Positions 10,586 through 18,327 of a DNA stretch of 64,000 bases are shown one piece after another. The DNA is from an uncultured bacterium (GTDB lineage: Bacteria > Krumholzibacteriota > Krumholzibacteriia > Krumholzibacteriales > Krumholzibacteriaceae). Location: contig CAWFAD010000016.1 in assembly GCA_963813815.1 (NCBI GenBank), positions 32,001-96,000 on the forward strand, given 5' to 3'. The notes under the pieces were generated by a model. It was not told the DNA's origin, searched no databases, and saw only the letters and a program-made list of their open reading frames with translations. Numbering within the stretch: the stretch's first letter is position 1; each line of letters begins with the position of its first letter. Both the position numbers and the translations under genes were made by a program.

Positions 10586-11167
10586 ATGGCTCTCTACAGC
10601 GACAAGGTGATGGATCATTTCATGAATCCCCGCAACGTCGGCGAGATCCCCGGCGCGGACGGCGTCGGCGAGGTCGGCAATCCCGTCTGCGGCGACATGA
10701 TGACCTTTTACATCAAGGTGAAGGGTAACCGCCTCGCCGACATCAAGTTCAAGACCTTCGGTTGCGGCGCGGCGATCGCCGTCTCGAGCATGGTGAGCGA
10801 GATGGCGACGGGGAAAACGATCGAGGAGGCGCTCGAGATCACCAACGAGTCGGTCGCCGAGGAGCTCGGCGGGCTTCCGAAGAACAAGATGCACTGCTCC
10901 AACCTCGGCGCCGACGCGCTCCACGCGGCGATCGAGAACTACCGCGCGCGCAAGCGCGGCGAGCCGGCGGCGTCCGCGGCCGCCGGGCACGGGCACGATC
11001 ACGAGGAGTGCACGTGCCCCTTCTGCGACGCGGAGATCGACGGGGAGGACCCGATCTGCAGGACCTGCGGCGTGGAGTTTCTCGAGTGCCCCGCCTGCGG
11101 CAAGCTCGCCTCGAACAAGGACACGGCCTGCCCCCACTGCGGCGCGGGGCTCGGGAAGAAGGAATAG
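10586..11167 (+). CDS. iscU: IscU/NifU-N Fe-S scaffold with C-terminal double zinc ribbon
   Basis: YSDKVMDHFMNPRNVG, NPVCGD, FGCGAAIA, KMHCSNL. The tail has CPFC, CRTC, CPAC and CPHC. Confidence 0.92.
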   Translation: MALYSDKVMDHFMNPRNVGEIPGADGVGEVGNPVCGDMMTFYIKVKGNRLADIKFKTFGCGAAIAVSSMVSEMATGKTIEEALEITNESVAEELGGLPKNKMHCSNLGADALHAAIENYRARKRGEPAASAAAGHGHDHEECTCPFCDAEIDGEDPICRTCGVEFLECPACGKLASNKDTACPHCGAGLGKKE

Positions 11168-11191
11168 GCGGCGCCACGCCGAAGACTCGAT

Positions 11192-12103
11192 ATGCCACGA
11201 CATGAAATCGTAGCGGCCATCAATCGGCTCAAGGCCGAGCGCGGGGCCGTCATACTCGCGCACAACTACCAGCCCCCCGAAATTCAGAACGTCGCCGACC
11301 GGCTCGGCGACTCCCTCGATCTCAGCCGCTTCGCCGCCTCGACGGACGCCGCGGTCATCGTGTTCTGCGGCGTTCACTTCATGGCGGAGACGGCCGCGAT
11401 GCTCGCCCCCGGCAAAACGGTCATCCTGCCCGAGCCCTCCGCCGGCTGCCCGATGGCGGACATGATGAGCGCCGAGGACCTCGCGGCGCTCAAGGCCAAG
11501 CATCCCGGCGCCGTCGTCGTCACCTACGTGAACTCGACCGCCGAGGTCAAGGCCGAGACGGATATCTGCTGCACCTCGGCGAACGCCGTGCAGGTGGTGC
11601 GCTCGATACCGGAGGACCGCAAGATCATCTTCGGCCCCGACAAGTATCTCGGCGGATGGGTCAAGAGGCAGACCGGCCGCCGCATGATCATTTGGAACGG
11701 CTGGTGCCCGACGCACCAGAAGATCCACCCCGAGCAGATCGAGCAGCTTCGGAAAATACATATCGACGCCGTCGTCATGGCGCACCCCGAGGTCAATCCG
11801 GCGGTGGCGGAGGTCGCGGACGTCGTGCTCGGCACGGGCGGCATGCTCCGCTACGTGCGGGAGAGCTCCGTGAACACCTTCATCGTCGCCACGGAGATCG
11901 GGATGATCCATCGCCTCGCGAAGGAGTTCCCCGGCCGGGAGTTCATCGCGGCGTCGAAGCACGCGCTCTGTCCGAACATGAAAAAGATCACCCTCGAAAA
12001 GGTCGCCTCCTCCCTCGAGCGCCTCGAACCGGCGATCACGGTGCCGCCGGGCGTGGCCGATCGCGCGCGAGCTGCGATTCAGCGAATGGTCGAGCTCGGT
12101 TAG
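11192..12103 (+). CDS. nadA: Quinolinate synthase
   Basis: ILAHNYQ, GDSL, FCGVHFMAE, GCPMA, YVNS, CTSANA, WCPTH, AHPE and CPNMKK motifs. Confidence 0.95.
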   Translation: MPRHEIVAAINRLKAERGAVILAHNYQPPEIQNVADRLGDSLDLSRFAASTDAAVIVFCGVHFMAETAAMLAPGKTVILPEPSAGCPMADMMSAEDLAALKAKHPGAVVVTYVNSTAEVKAETDICCTSANAVQVVRSIPEDRKIIFGPDKYLGGWVKRQTGRRMIIWNGWCPTHQKIHPEQIEQLRKIHIDAVVMAHPEVNPAVAEVADVVLGTGGMLRYVRESSVNTFIVATEIGMIHRLAKEFPGREFIAASKHALCPNMKKITLEKVASSLERLEPAITVPPGVADRARAAIQRMVELG

Positions 12104-12260
12104 CGGCGCCCGCCCTCCGCGCCCGAGCCGGCTCGCCGGGCGCTACAAACACCTTGAGTTTTTTCGCCGCTGCGCTAAATTATGCGGATTATTCGCTCCG
12201 CCGCGGGGCCGCCCTCGGCGACCGAAGGCCGTCATCACCACTCGCTCACGGGAGGATCGC

Positions 12261-13472
12261 ATGAAACGGTTCGCCATTCTCGTCGCTCTTCTCTCGATCG
12301 CCCTCGTCTCCGCGGCGGCGGCCGAGGAGAAGGCGCCCGCGTACACGTTCACCTGGAGCGGCTACATCAAGGCGGATTTCGCGTACGACGACGCGCGCGT
12401 CAGCTCCGGCAACTACGCCCTCTACGTGCTCGAGCGCACGAGCGGCGCCGAGAAGAACGGCTTCACGAGCATCACGGCGCGCGAATCGCGCCTCGGCTTC
12501 GATTTCAAATGGATCGAGGACGAATACAAGACGGCGGCCAAGGTCGAGTTCGATTTCTACGGCCTCGGCGTTTCGTCGGCGAGCCTCACCTCGCAGGAGA
12601 ACAAGGCGACGGCGATGCTGCGGCACGCCTACGTCGAGGTCGCGCGGGGCCGCTGGTCGCTGCTCGCGGGGCAGACGAGCGACGTCATGTCGCCGCTCGT
12701 GCCGAAGACCGTGAACTACACGGTCTGCTGGGATCAGGGCAACATCGGATACCGCCGCCCGCAGCTTCGCCTCTCCGCCTACGCGAACGCGTCGGAGCGG
12801 GCGAGGGTGTCGCTCGCCGTGGCGGCCGCGCGGACCATCGGCGGCGACCTCGACGGAGACAAGATCGACGACGGCGCCGATTCGGCCCTGCCCACGCTCG
12901 AGGGCCGTCTCGGGCTCGCGATGAAGATGTGCGATCGCGGATCGTTCGACGTCGGCGTTTCGGGGCACTACGGGCAGGAGACCTATTCCGCCGACGTCGA
13001 GGAGATCGAGTCGTGGTCGGCGAACGGCGACTTCAAGGCCGTCTTCTGCGCCAAGCTCGAGCTCGCCGGCGAGATCTTCGTGGGACAGAACCTCGGCGCG
13101 TACTACGGCGGCGTCGGCCAGACCGTGAATCCGCTCTCGGAGGAGATCGGCTCGAAGGGCGGCTGGGCGCAGGTGTCGTACTCGCCGGCGCCGCGCATCT
13201 CCTTCAACGCCGGCTACGGCATCGACGATCCGGACGACGAGGATCTCGCGATCGCCGAGGGGGGCGCCCAGACGACCTTCATCGACGCGAACGAGAACAT
13301 CTTCGGCAGCGTCTTCTACTCGATCACGAGCAACGTGCAGGCGATGCTCGAGGTCTCGCGGATGACGACGAGCTATCTGTACCGGGTATACGACGACGGC
13401 ACGCTCATGACCGACGCGAAGGAGTTCGACGATCTGCGCGTGCAGTTCGCCCTGAAGGCCGCGATCAAGTAG
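12261..13472 (+). CDS. Outer-membrane porin (DcaP-like beta-barrel)
   Basis: Signal peptide, SGYIKADFAYD, ARESRLGF, KVEFDFYG, LRHAYVE, LLAGQT, YRRPQLR, and an amphipathic terminal strand. Confidence 0.75.
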   Translation: MKRFAILVALLSIALVSAAAAEEKAPAYTFTWSGYIKADFAYDDARVSSGNYALYVLERTSGAEKNGFTSITARESRLGFDFKWIEDEYKTAAKVEFDFYGLGVSSASLTSQENKATAMLRHAYVEVARGRWSLLAGQTSDVMSPLVPKTVNYTVCWDQGNIGYRRPQLRLSAYANASERARVSLAVAAARTIGGDLDGDKIDDGADSALPTLEGRLGLAMKMCDRGSFDVGVSGHYGQETYSADVEEIESWSANGDFKAVFCAKLELAGEIFVGQNLGAYYGGVGQTVNPLSEEIGSKGGWAQVSYSPAPRISFNAGYGIDDPDDEDLAIAEGGAQTTFIDANENIFGSVFYSITSNVQAMLEVSRMTTSYLYRVYDDGTLMTDAKEFDDLRVQFALKAAIK

Positions 13473-13554
13473 CGCCGCCGTCTCGTGGCCGGCCCCGAAA
13501 GGCTTCAGCCGGCGGAGAAGGCATCATTTAAATATCTCGGGGAGTTTGCTTCGC

Positions 13555-13809
13555 TCAATCCGAGGAGAGCGAGCGCAGGATGGTTTTCTTTTTCTCTTCG
13601 CTGAATTCGTTTCCGTAGAACCGGAGAAAAAGCTCTCGCCGCAGATCCACGCGCTCGCCCTTCCGCGCGGCCTCGGCCAATATGCCCGCCGCCGCGAGAG
13701 TTTTCGCCGTTTGAAACATCTCGCACGCCATCCTGAGTCTCCGGGCCGGCGCGAGAGACATCATGAGTCGCCGATGCAAGGCTTCATATTTGGAAGACGT
13801 ATCTTTCAT
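13555..13809 (-). CDS. Small helical protein, putative antitoxin/partner of the upstream nucleotidyltransferase
   Basis: 84 aa (MKDTSSKY...RRLRMACEMF...RRELFLRFYG). ATGA overlap with the upstream gene. Confidence 0.6.
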   Translation of the reverse strand: MKDTSSKYEALHRRLMMSLAPARRLRMACEMFQTAKTLAAAGILAEAARKGERVDLRRELFLRFYGNEFSEEKKKTILRSLSSD

Positions 13810-14354
13810 ATCGCGCGAACCAGCTCCACAAGCTCGCGAACGCCCAGCTCGTCCGCCCACTCGAGAATATACACCCAATCGAGATTCTGTGCGCACCTCG
13901 CTATGGCCCCGGCGTCACGAAGCTGAAGCTGCGACCCCGCATCCTTGCCCCACGAGAGCTTTGAGAGCAGCAGGTCCTCCGGGGCAACAACCGACACGGC
14001 GGTTCCCTCGATATCGAATTTCCGGCGGCGCTGGAACTCCATTTCTCGATACGGGCCGGCCTTGCGAACGATAAAATCGACCTTGACGAGCGACTCTTTA
14101 TGAATCGCGTTGAACATTCCCCGGCGGCGCGCCGCATCGATCGCGTCTTCTCGGTCGATATAGCAATCGGCCTCGAAAAGAGCCGCGACCCGAGCGGCGT
14201 CCTCGGTTCCGATGTCGATGACGACGTCGATATCGCGCGTCATGCGCGGTTCGGCGTAAAGCGCGAGCGCCACCGATCCCGTCAGCATGTAAGGAACGTT
14301 GCCCCGCTCCAGCCGCTCAACGATCTCTTTCAAGAATAACGACTGCTCATCCAT
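13806..14354 (-). CDS. Pol-beta-superfamily nucleotidyltransferase (DUF6036/AbiEii/MenT-like)
   Basis: YMLTGSVALALYAEPRMTRDIDVV, KVDF, APEDLLLSKL and QLRDA motifs. Confidence 0.75.
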   Translation of the reverse strand: MDEQSLFLKEIVERLERGNVPYMLTGSVALALYAEPRMTRDIDVVIDIGTEDAARVAALFEADCYIDREDAIDAARRRGMFNAIHKESLVKVDFIVRKAGPYREMEFQRRRKFDIEGTAVSVVAPEDLLLSKLSWGKDAGSQLQLRDAGAIARCAQNLDWVYILEWADELGVRELVELVRAI

Positions 14355-14372
14355 GATCCGTTTTCCTCTACG

Positions 14373-15860
14373 CTAGGCCGCCGGAAGAGACGTCATCCCG
14401 AACCGTTTCGCCTCGCGCTCCATGAGCTCATGGAGATGCGCGGCCACGGCCGCGTCGAGCGGCTCGCTCGCGTGCGAGGCGAGAATCTTCTCGACGCGCT
14501 CCGAGGCGCGCCGGAGCGCGTCCTTGCTCCCCTGACGCTGCCACTCGTCGAGGGCGTTGCGATCGACGACCTCGCCGGGGTAGTACACCTCTTTCCGGAA
14601 CCAGCGCATCGTGTGGGCGAGGGCGAGGAAGCTCCCCCGTTCGATCCCCTCGCGCATGAGCTCGGGGGGCAGGATGGGGTCGTCGCGGAGCTCGATCCCC
14701 GAGACGAGCCGCAGCGCCATTCCGCAGACCTCGTTGTCGAGCACGAGCTTCTCGAGGCTCTGGCACGACTCGAAATCGAGCATGCCGGGGCCGGAGACGT
14801 TGTTGATCCCGGAGAGCGCGGCGATCACGGCGCCCATCGCCGTCTCCATTCCCGCCTGATAGTCGGGGAGCTTCGAGTCGGAGAGGGCCATGTACGCCTG
14901 CACGGGAAGCCCGAGATGCTTGCCGATCTCCGCGTAGGCGCCGTCTATCATCATCGTCTCGACGGCGCCCATCGGCGTCGTGCCCTTCCGCATGTCGAAG
15001 CACGCGGGGGATCCCCCGTACACGATCGGGGCGCCGGGACCTGCGAGCTGATGAATGACGACCCCGCTCAGGCTCTCCGCGCAGTGCTGCGCGACGGCGC
15101 CGGCGAGCGTCACGGGGGAGGTGGCGCCGGTGAGCGGCATCGAGATGAGCTCCGCCACGAGTCCCGTCCGCGCGCAATCGATGAGCGCCTGCGCCGTGAG
15201 GTCGCTCCACTTGAGGGGCGGCGACGGGCAGCAGTCGAAGATCGCGTTCGGCTTCTCGCGGAGCGTCTCCGCGTCGCCCGCGACCGCGGCGAGCATCTCG
15301 TGCATCACCTTGAAGGCCTCGATCTTGAAGGTGCCCGTCACGATCGGCTTCGACGAGTGGAGGAGCCCGAGGTACACGCGGTAGCGGTCCTGAATGTCCT
15401 GCGGCACGTCGCTCGAGATGAGGCCGGTGCTCTGCGCGGCGTAGGACGGGAGCGCGTCGGTGAGCCGCACGAAGCGCACGAGGTCGGCCGTGACCGCCTG
15501 GCGCGGGCGCCCCGCAGCGGCGTCATAGATGCGAAGCGCGGCCGAGCCAGGATTGAAATGCACGCGGTCCCCGCCGAGGTCCATGGCCGGCTCCCCGCGG
15601 CGGTTATGCAGCACGACGCGCGACGGCGCGCTCTCGACCGCCTTCTCGACGACCGCGGCCGGTATCTTCACGCGGCGCGTCCCCTTCTCGACGCCGCACC
15701 CCGCGCCGTCGAGCATCGAGACCGCCTCGTCGTTCTCGACGAAGACGCCGATCTCCGAGAGAATGCGTTTCGCGTCGTCGACGATCTTCTTTCGCGTCTT
15801 TTCGCCGAACCAGGTGACGCGCGGATTAATCTTCTTCTCCAAGACGGGCCTCCCTCTCAT
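14373..15860 (-). CDS. MttB-superfamily (trimethylamine methyltransferase-like) corrinoid methyltransferase, non-pyrrolysine
   Basis: ILSEIGV, SPPLK, GATSPVTLAG, GAPIVYG, DMRKG, SDSKLPDYQAGME, GMLDFESCQSLEKLVLDNE. Confidence 0.9.
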   Translation of the reverse strand: MRGRPVLEKKINPRVTWFGEKTRKKIVDDAKRILSEIGVFVENDEAVSMLDGAGCGVEKGTRRVKIPAAVVEKAVESAPSRVVLHNRRGEPAMDLGGDRVHFNPGSAALRIYDAAAGRPRQAVTADLVRFVRLTDALPSYAAQSTGLISSDVPQDIQDRYRVYLGLLHSSKPIVTGTFKIEAFKVMHEMLAAVAGDAETLREKPNAIFDCCPSPPLKWSDLTAQALIDCARTGLVAELISMPLTGATSPVTLAGAVAQHCAESLSGVVIHQLAGPGAPIVYGGSPACFDMRKGTTPMGAVETMMIDGAYAEIGKHLGLPVQAYMALSDSKLPDYQAGMETAMGAVIAALSGINNVSGPGMLDFESCQSLEKLVLDNEVCGMALRLVSGIELRDDPILPPELMREGIERGSFLALAHTMRWFRKEVYYPGEVVDRNALDEWQRQGSKDALRRASERVEKILASHASEPLDAAVAAHLHELMEREAKRFGMTSLPAA

Positions 15861-16506
15861 CGGGCCGGTACTCGCAATCTTTCCGTCCGCAGTTCTCGCA
15901 CGAATTTTCGCTCCGCAGCGACTCGGGCTCGCGGGCGACGTGCACCGCGAAGGACACCGATTTCCGCGGAATCATCATGCAGCTCGAGCTGAGCCGCACG
16001 CCGATTCTATCCGCCGCCACGAGCTCGAAGATCGAGCGCTGCCCGCTCACGTCCCAATCGCCGTATCCCGGGCTCGCGCGGCAGCTCGTCTTGAGCCCCT
16101 CCCGCGCCGCCTCCGCCGCAATGAGCCGGTCGAGCCGGTCGGCCGTCGCCTCCGCGGCGACCGAGCCCGCGGCGTCGAGCATGATCGCTCGAAGGAGCTC
16201 GTCGCGCTTCGAGAGCCGCGCGACCTCATCCTCGAGCCCGGGGCCGATCGTGCAAACGCAGAAGGCCATCCGGTCGAGGCGCTCGAACATTTTCGATCGC
16301 GGAAGGTCGCGCCCGGCGGCGTACACGTAGACGCCGCGCGGCGCGATGAGCGAGCGGGCCGCGTCGAGCGCCTCGGCGACGGCGCTCCCGACGCGCGGAT
16401 CGTCCGAGGACCCGCCGGCGCGGCGGGCGCCCTTTTTCCCGAGAAGCATGCGGATCTCGGCCGGATCGATCTCGATATCGAATCCCTCGACGACCACGGG
16501 CTCCAT
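15826..16506 (-). CDS. Stand-alone methionine synthase activation-domain-like protein with Cys-rich tail
   Basis: FCVCTIG, MLDAAGSVAAE, RASPGYGDW, IGVRLSSSCMMIPRKSVS, CENCGRKDCEYR. Confidence 0.82.
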   Translation of the reverse strand: MEPVVVEGFDIEIDPAEIRMLLGKKGARRAGGSSDDPRVGSAVAEALDAARSLIAPRGVYVYAAGRDLPRSKMFERLDRMAFCVCTIGPGLEDEVARLSKRDELLRAIMLDAAGSVAAEATADRLDRLIAAEAAREGLKTSCRASPGYGDWDVSGQRSIFELVAADRIGVRLSSSCMMIPRKSVSFAVHVAREPESLRSENSCENCGRKDCEYRPDEREARLGEED

Positions 16507-16533
16507 GGACTCGTCTCCGCGCGGCGCCCCGTC

Positions 16534-17439
16534 TCAGGCGCCGTGTGTCATGCGCTCGTGCACCGCCCGTATGAAATCCGGCGTCGTCCCGCAGCATCCG
16601 CCGACGGCGCTCGCGCCCTTCGCGACGATCCGCATGACGTCCCCGGCGAAATCCTCCGGGCGCTGCTGGTAGACGGGCTCGCCGCGCTCCATCACGGGCT
16701 GCCCCGCGTTCGGCTGAAAAAGGAGGAGCCCGTCCGTCACGAGCCGGTACTCCTCGGCGAGATCCACCATATCGTGGGCTTGGAGCGTGCAGTTGGCGCC
16801 GAGGGCCGTCGCGCCCTCTTTCGGCAGGATCTCGACGGCCTTCTCGGTCGTGTCGCCCATCATGGTGAAGTACCCCTTCGCTCTCCGCTCGAAGGTGAGC
16901 GTGACGGCGACGGGGCGGGATGAGACCTCGCGCACCGCCCGGAGGGCCTCGACCGCCTCCCGGACGTCGTACATCGTCTCGATGACGAAGAGATCGACCC
17001 CCGCGCGCTCGAGGGCGCGCGCCTGCTCTCGAAAGGCCGCGCGCGCCGCGTCCGCTTTGAGCGCGCCGACGGGCGGAAAAAACTGCCCCGTCGGCCCGAT
17101 GTCCCCCGCGACGAACCGCTCGTGCTTGCCGCTGTGGTCGATCGCGCGGCGCGCGAGCTCGACCGCTTTCTCGTTCACCGCGGCGACGTCGAGCTTCCGT
17201 CCGGCCTCGGCGGCATGCATCTTGACGCCCGTCGCGCCGAACGTGGCAGTCGTCAGAACCTCGGCGCCCGCGTCGAGGTAGGCCGCGTGAATGCGCGATA
17301 TCGTCTCGGGCTGGGCGAGCACCCACGCCTCGGGCAGGTCGCGCCGGGCGAGCCCGGCGGCGATGAGCATGCTCCCCATGCCGCCGTCGAAAATGACGAC
17401 CCGCTGCTTCATGATCGACAGAAAATCGTGCTTGTGCAT
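16534..17439 (-). CDS. Homocysteine S-methyltransferase domain protein (MetH N-terminal/BHMT family)
   Basis: DGGMGSML, HAAYLDAGA, AGDIGPTG, IETM, GANC, QPNAG and GGCCGTTP (Zn ligands). Confidence 0.92.
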   Translation of the reverse strand: MHKHDFLSIMKQRVVIFDGGMGSMLIAAGLARRDLPEAWVLAQPETISRIHAAYLDAGAEVLTTATFGATGVKMHAAEAGRKLDVAAVNEKAVELARRAIDHSGKHERFVAGDIGPTGQFFPPVGALKADAARAAFREQARALERAGVDLFVIETMYDVREAVEALRAVREVSSRPVAVTLTFERRAKGYFTMMGDTTEKAVEILPKEGATALGANCTLQAHDMVDLAEEYRLVTDGLLLFQPNAGQPVMERGEPVYQQRPEDFAGDVMRIVAKGASAVGGCCGTTPDFIRAVHERMTHGA

Positions 17440-17482
17440 CGGCTCTCCCGGGAGCGCCGGCTCCCGTTCTCCCGCCGGTCCG

Positions 17483-18133
17483 CTAGCCGCGCGCCCCCAT
17501 GAGGCTTCCCGCGAGCGCCACCGCCGCCACGGCGTCTCCGGCGTACCCGTCGGCGCCGATGTCGCGCGCCCACTCGTCGTTGCACGGAGCGCCGCCGACC
17601 ATGACCTTGATCTTTTCGCGGAGCGAGCGCTTGCGTATCTCGTCCACGACGCGCTTCTGCCCCGACATCGTCGTCGTGAGAAGCGCCGATATGGCGATGC
17701 AGCCGGCGCCCTTCGCGACCGCTTCGTCCACGAAGCGCGCGACGGGCACGTCCGCGCCGAGGTCCGTGATCTCGAACCCGTTCGCCGAGAGCATCGTCGC
17801 GACGAGCGTCTTTCCGATGTCGTGGATGTCGCCCTCGATCGTGCCGATCACCACGTGGCCGAGGGATTTCGGGCGCGCGCTTCCCTTGGAGAGCTCCGGC
17901 TGAAGCACGGTCATCGCGCGCTTCATCGCCTCGGCCCCCATGACGAGCTCGGGGAGAAAGAGCGAGCCCTCTTCCCAGAGGCGTCCGACCTCCTTGATCC
18001 CCGCGACGAAACCCTTCTCGATCACCGCGAGGGGGGAATATTTTTTGGCGAGCGACTCTCGGGCGAGCTCTTCGGCCCTCTCGCCGTCGCCGGAGCGGAC
18101 GGCCTCGGCGCAGCTTGCGAGGAATGCCTCCAT
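17483..18133 (-). CDS. Corrinoid (cobalamin-binding) protein, MttC/MtbC-like
   Basis: Cap domain FLPELVMGAEAM, GDIHDIGK B12 motif, SALLTTT, VMVGGAP. RBS AAGGAGG. Confidence 0.93.
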   Translation of the reverse strand: MEAFLASCAEAVRSGDGERAEELARESLAKKYSPLAVIEKGFVAGIKEVGRLWEEGSLFLPELVMGAEAMKRAMTVLQPELSKGSARPKSLGHVVIGTIEGDIHDIGKTLVATMLSANGFEITDLGADVPVARFVDEAVAKGAGCIAISALLTTTMSGQKRVVDEIRKRSLREKIKVMVGGAPCNDEWARDIGADGYAGDAVAAVALAGSLMGARG

Positions 18134-18163
18134 CGTGTCCTCCTTAAGCTATGTAGAGACAAA

Positions 18164-18192
18164 AGTTTAGGGGAGCCTTGGGACGAAGTCAA
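18164..18192 (-). promoter_or_regulatory. sigma70-type promoter of the corrinoid methyltransferase operon
   Basis: Minus strand TTGACT-N17-TAAACT, about 30 nt before the ATG at 18133. Confidence 0.6.
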
Positions 18193-18209
18193 TAGCCTTT
18201 TCGCGGGCG

Positions 18210-18308
18210 GACAAAGCAAAGGGCCGGTCGCCTCAGGGTATCTCCAACACAAAGTCAACTTTCCCCCACGAAGGTCGACCTTTGAGTTAGGAGTAGGCTC
18301 CCGGCCCT
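18210..18308 (-). other. Long imperfect hairpin (about 90 nt) with U-tract after the peptidase gene; terminator or unclassified structured RNA
   Basis: Nested arms GGGCCGG/CCGGCCC, GCCT/AGGC, CTCCTAAC/GTTGGAG and CAAAGGTCGAC/GTTGACTTTG, followed by TTTGCTTTGT. Confidence 0.5.
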
Positions 18309-18327
18309 ATCTCTCTACAATTATTCC

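Noticed and set aside
14373..15860. Pyrrolysine-containing MttB
   Set aside because: No in-frame TAG. The equivalent position appears to be Leu and no pyl genes are present.
18134..18327. SAM or cobalamin riboswitch ahead of the methyltransferase operon
   Set aside because: Consensus motifs were not found by eye, and the predicted promoter lies downstream of the hairpin, leaving only a short leader.
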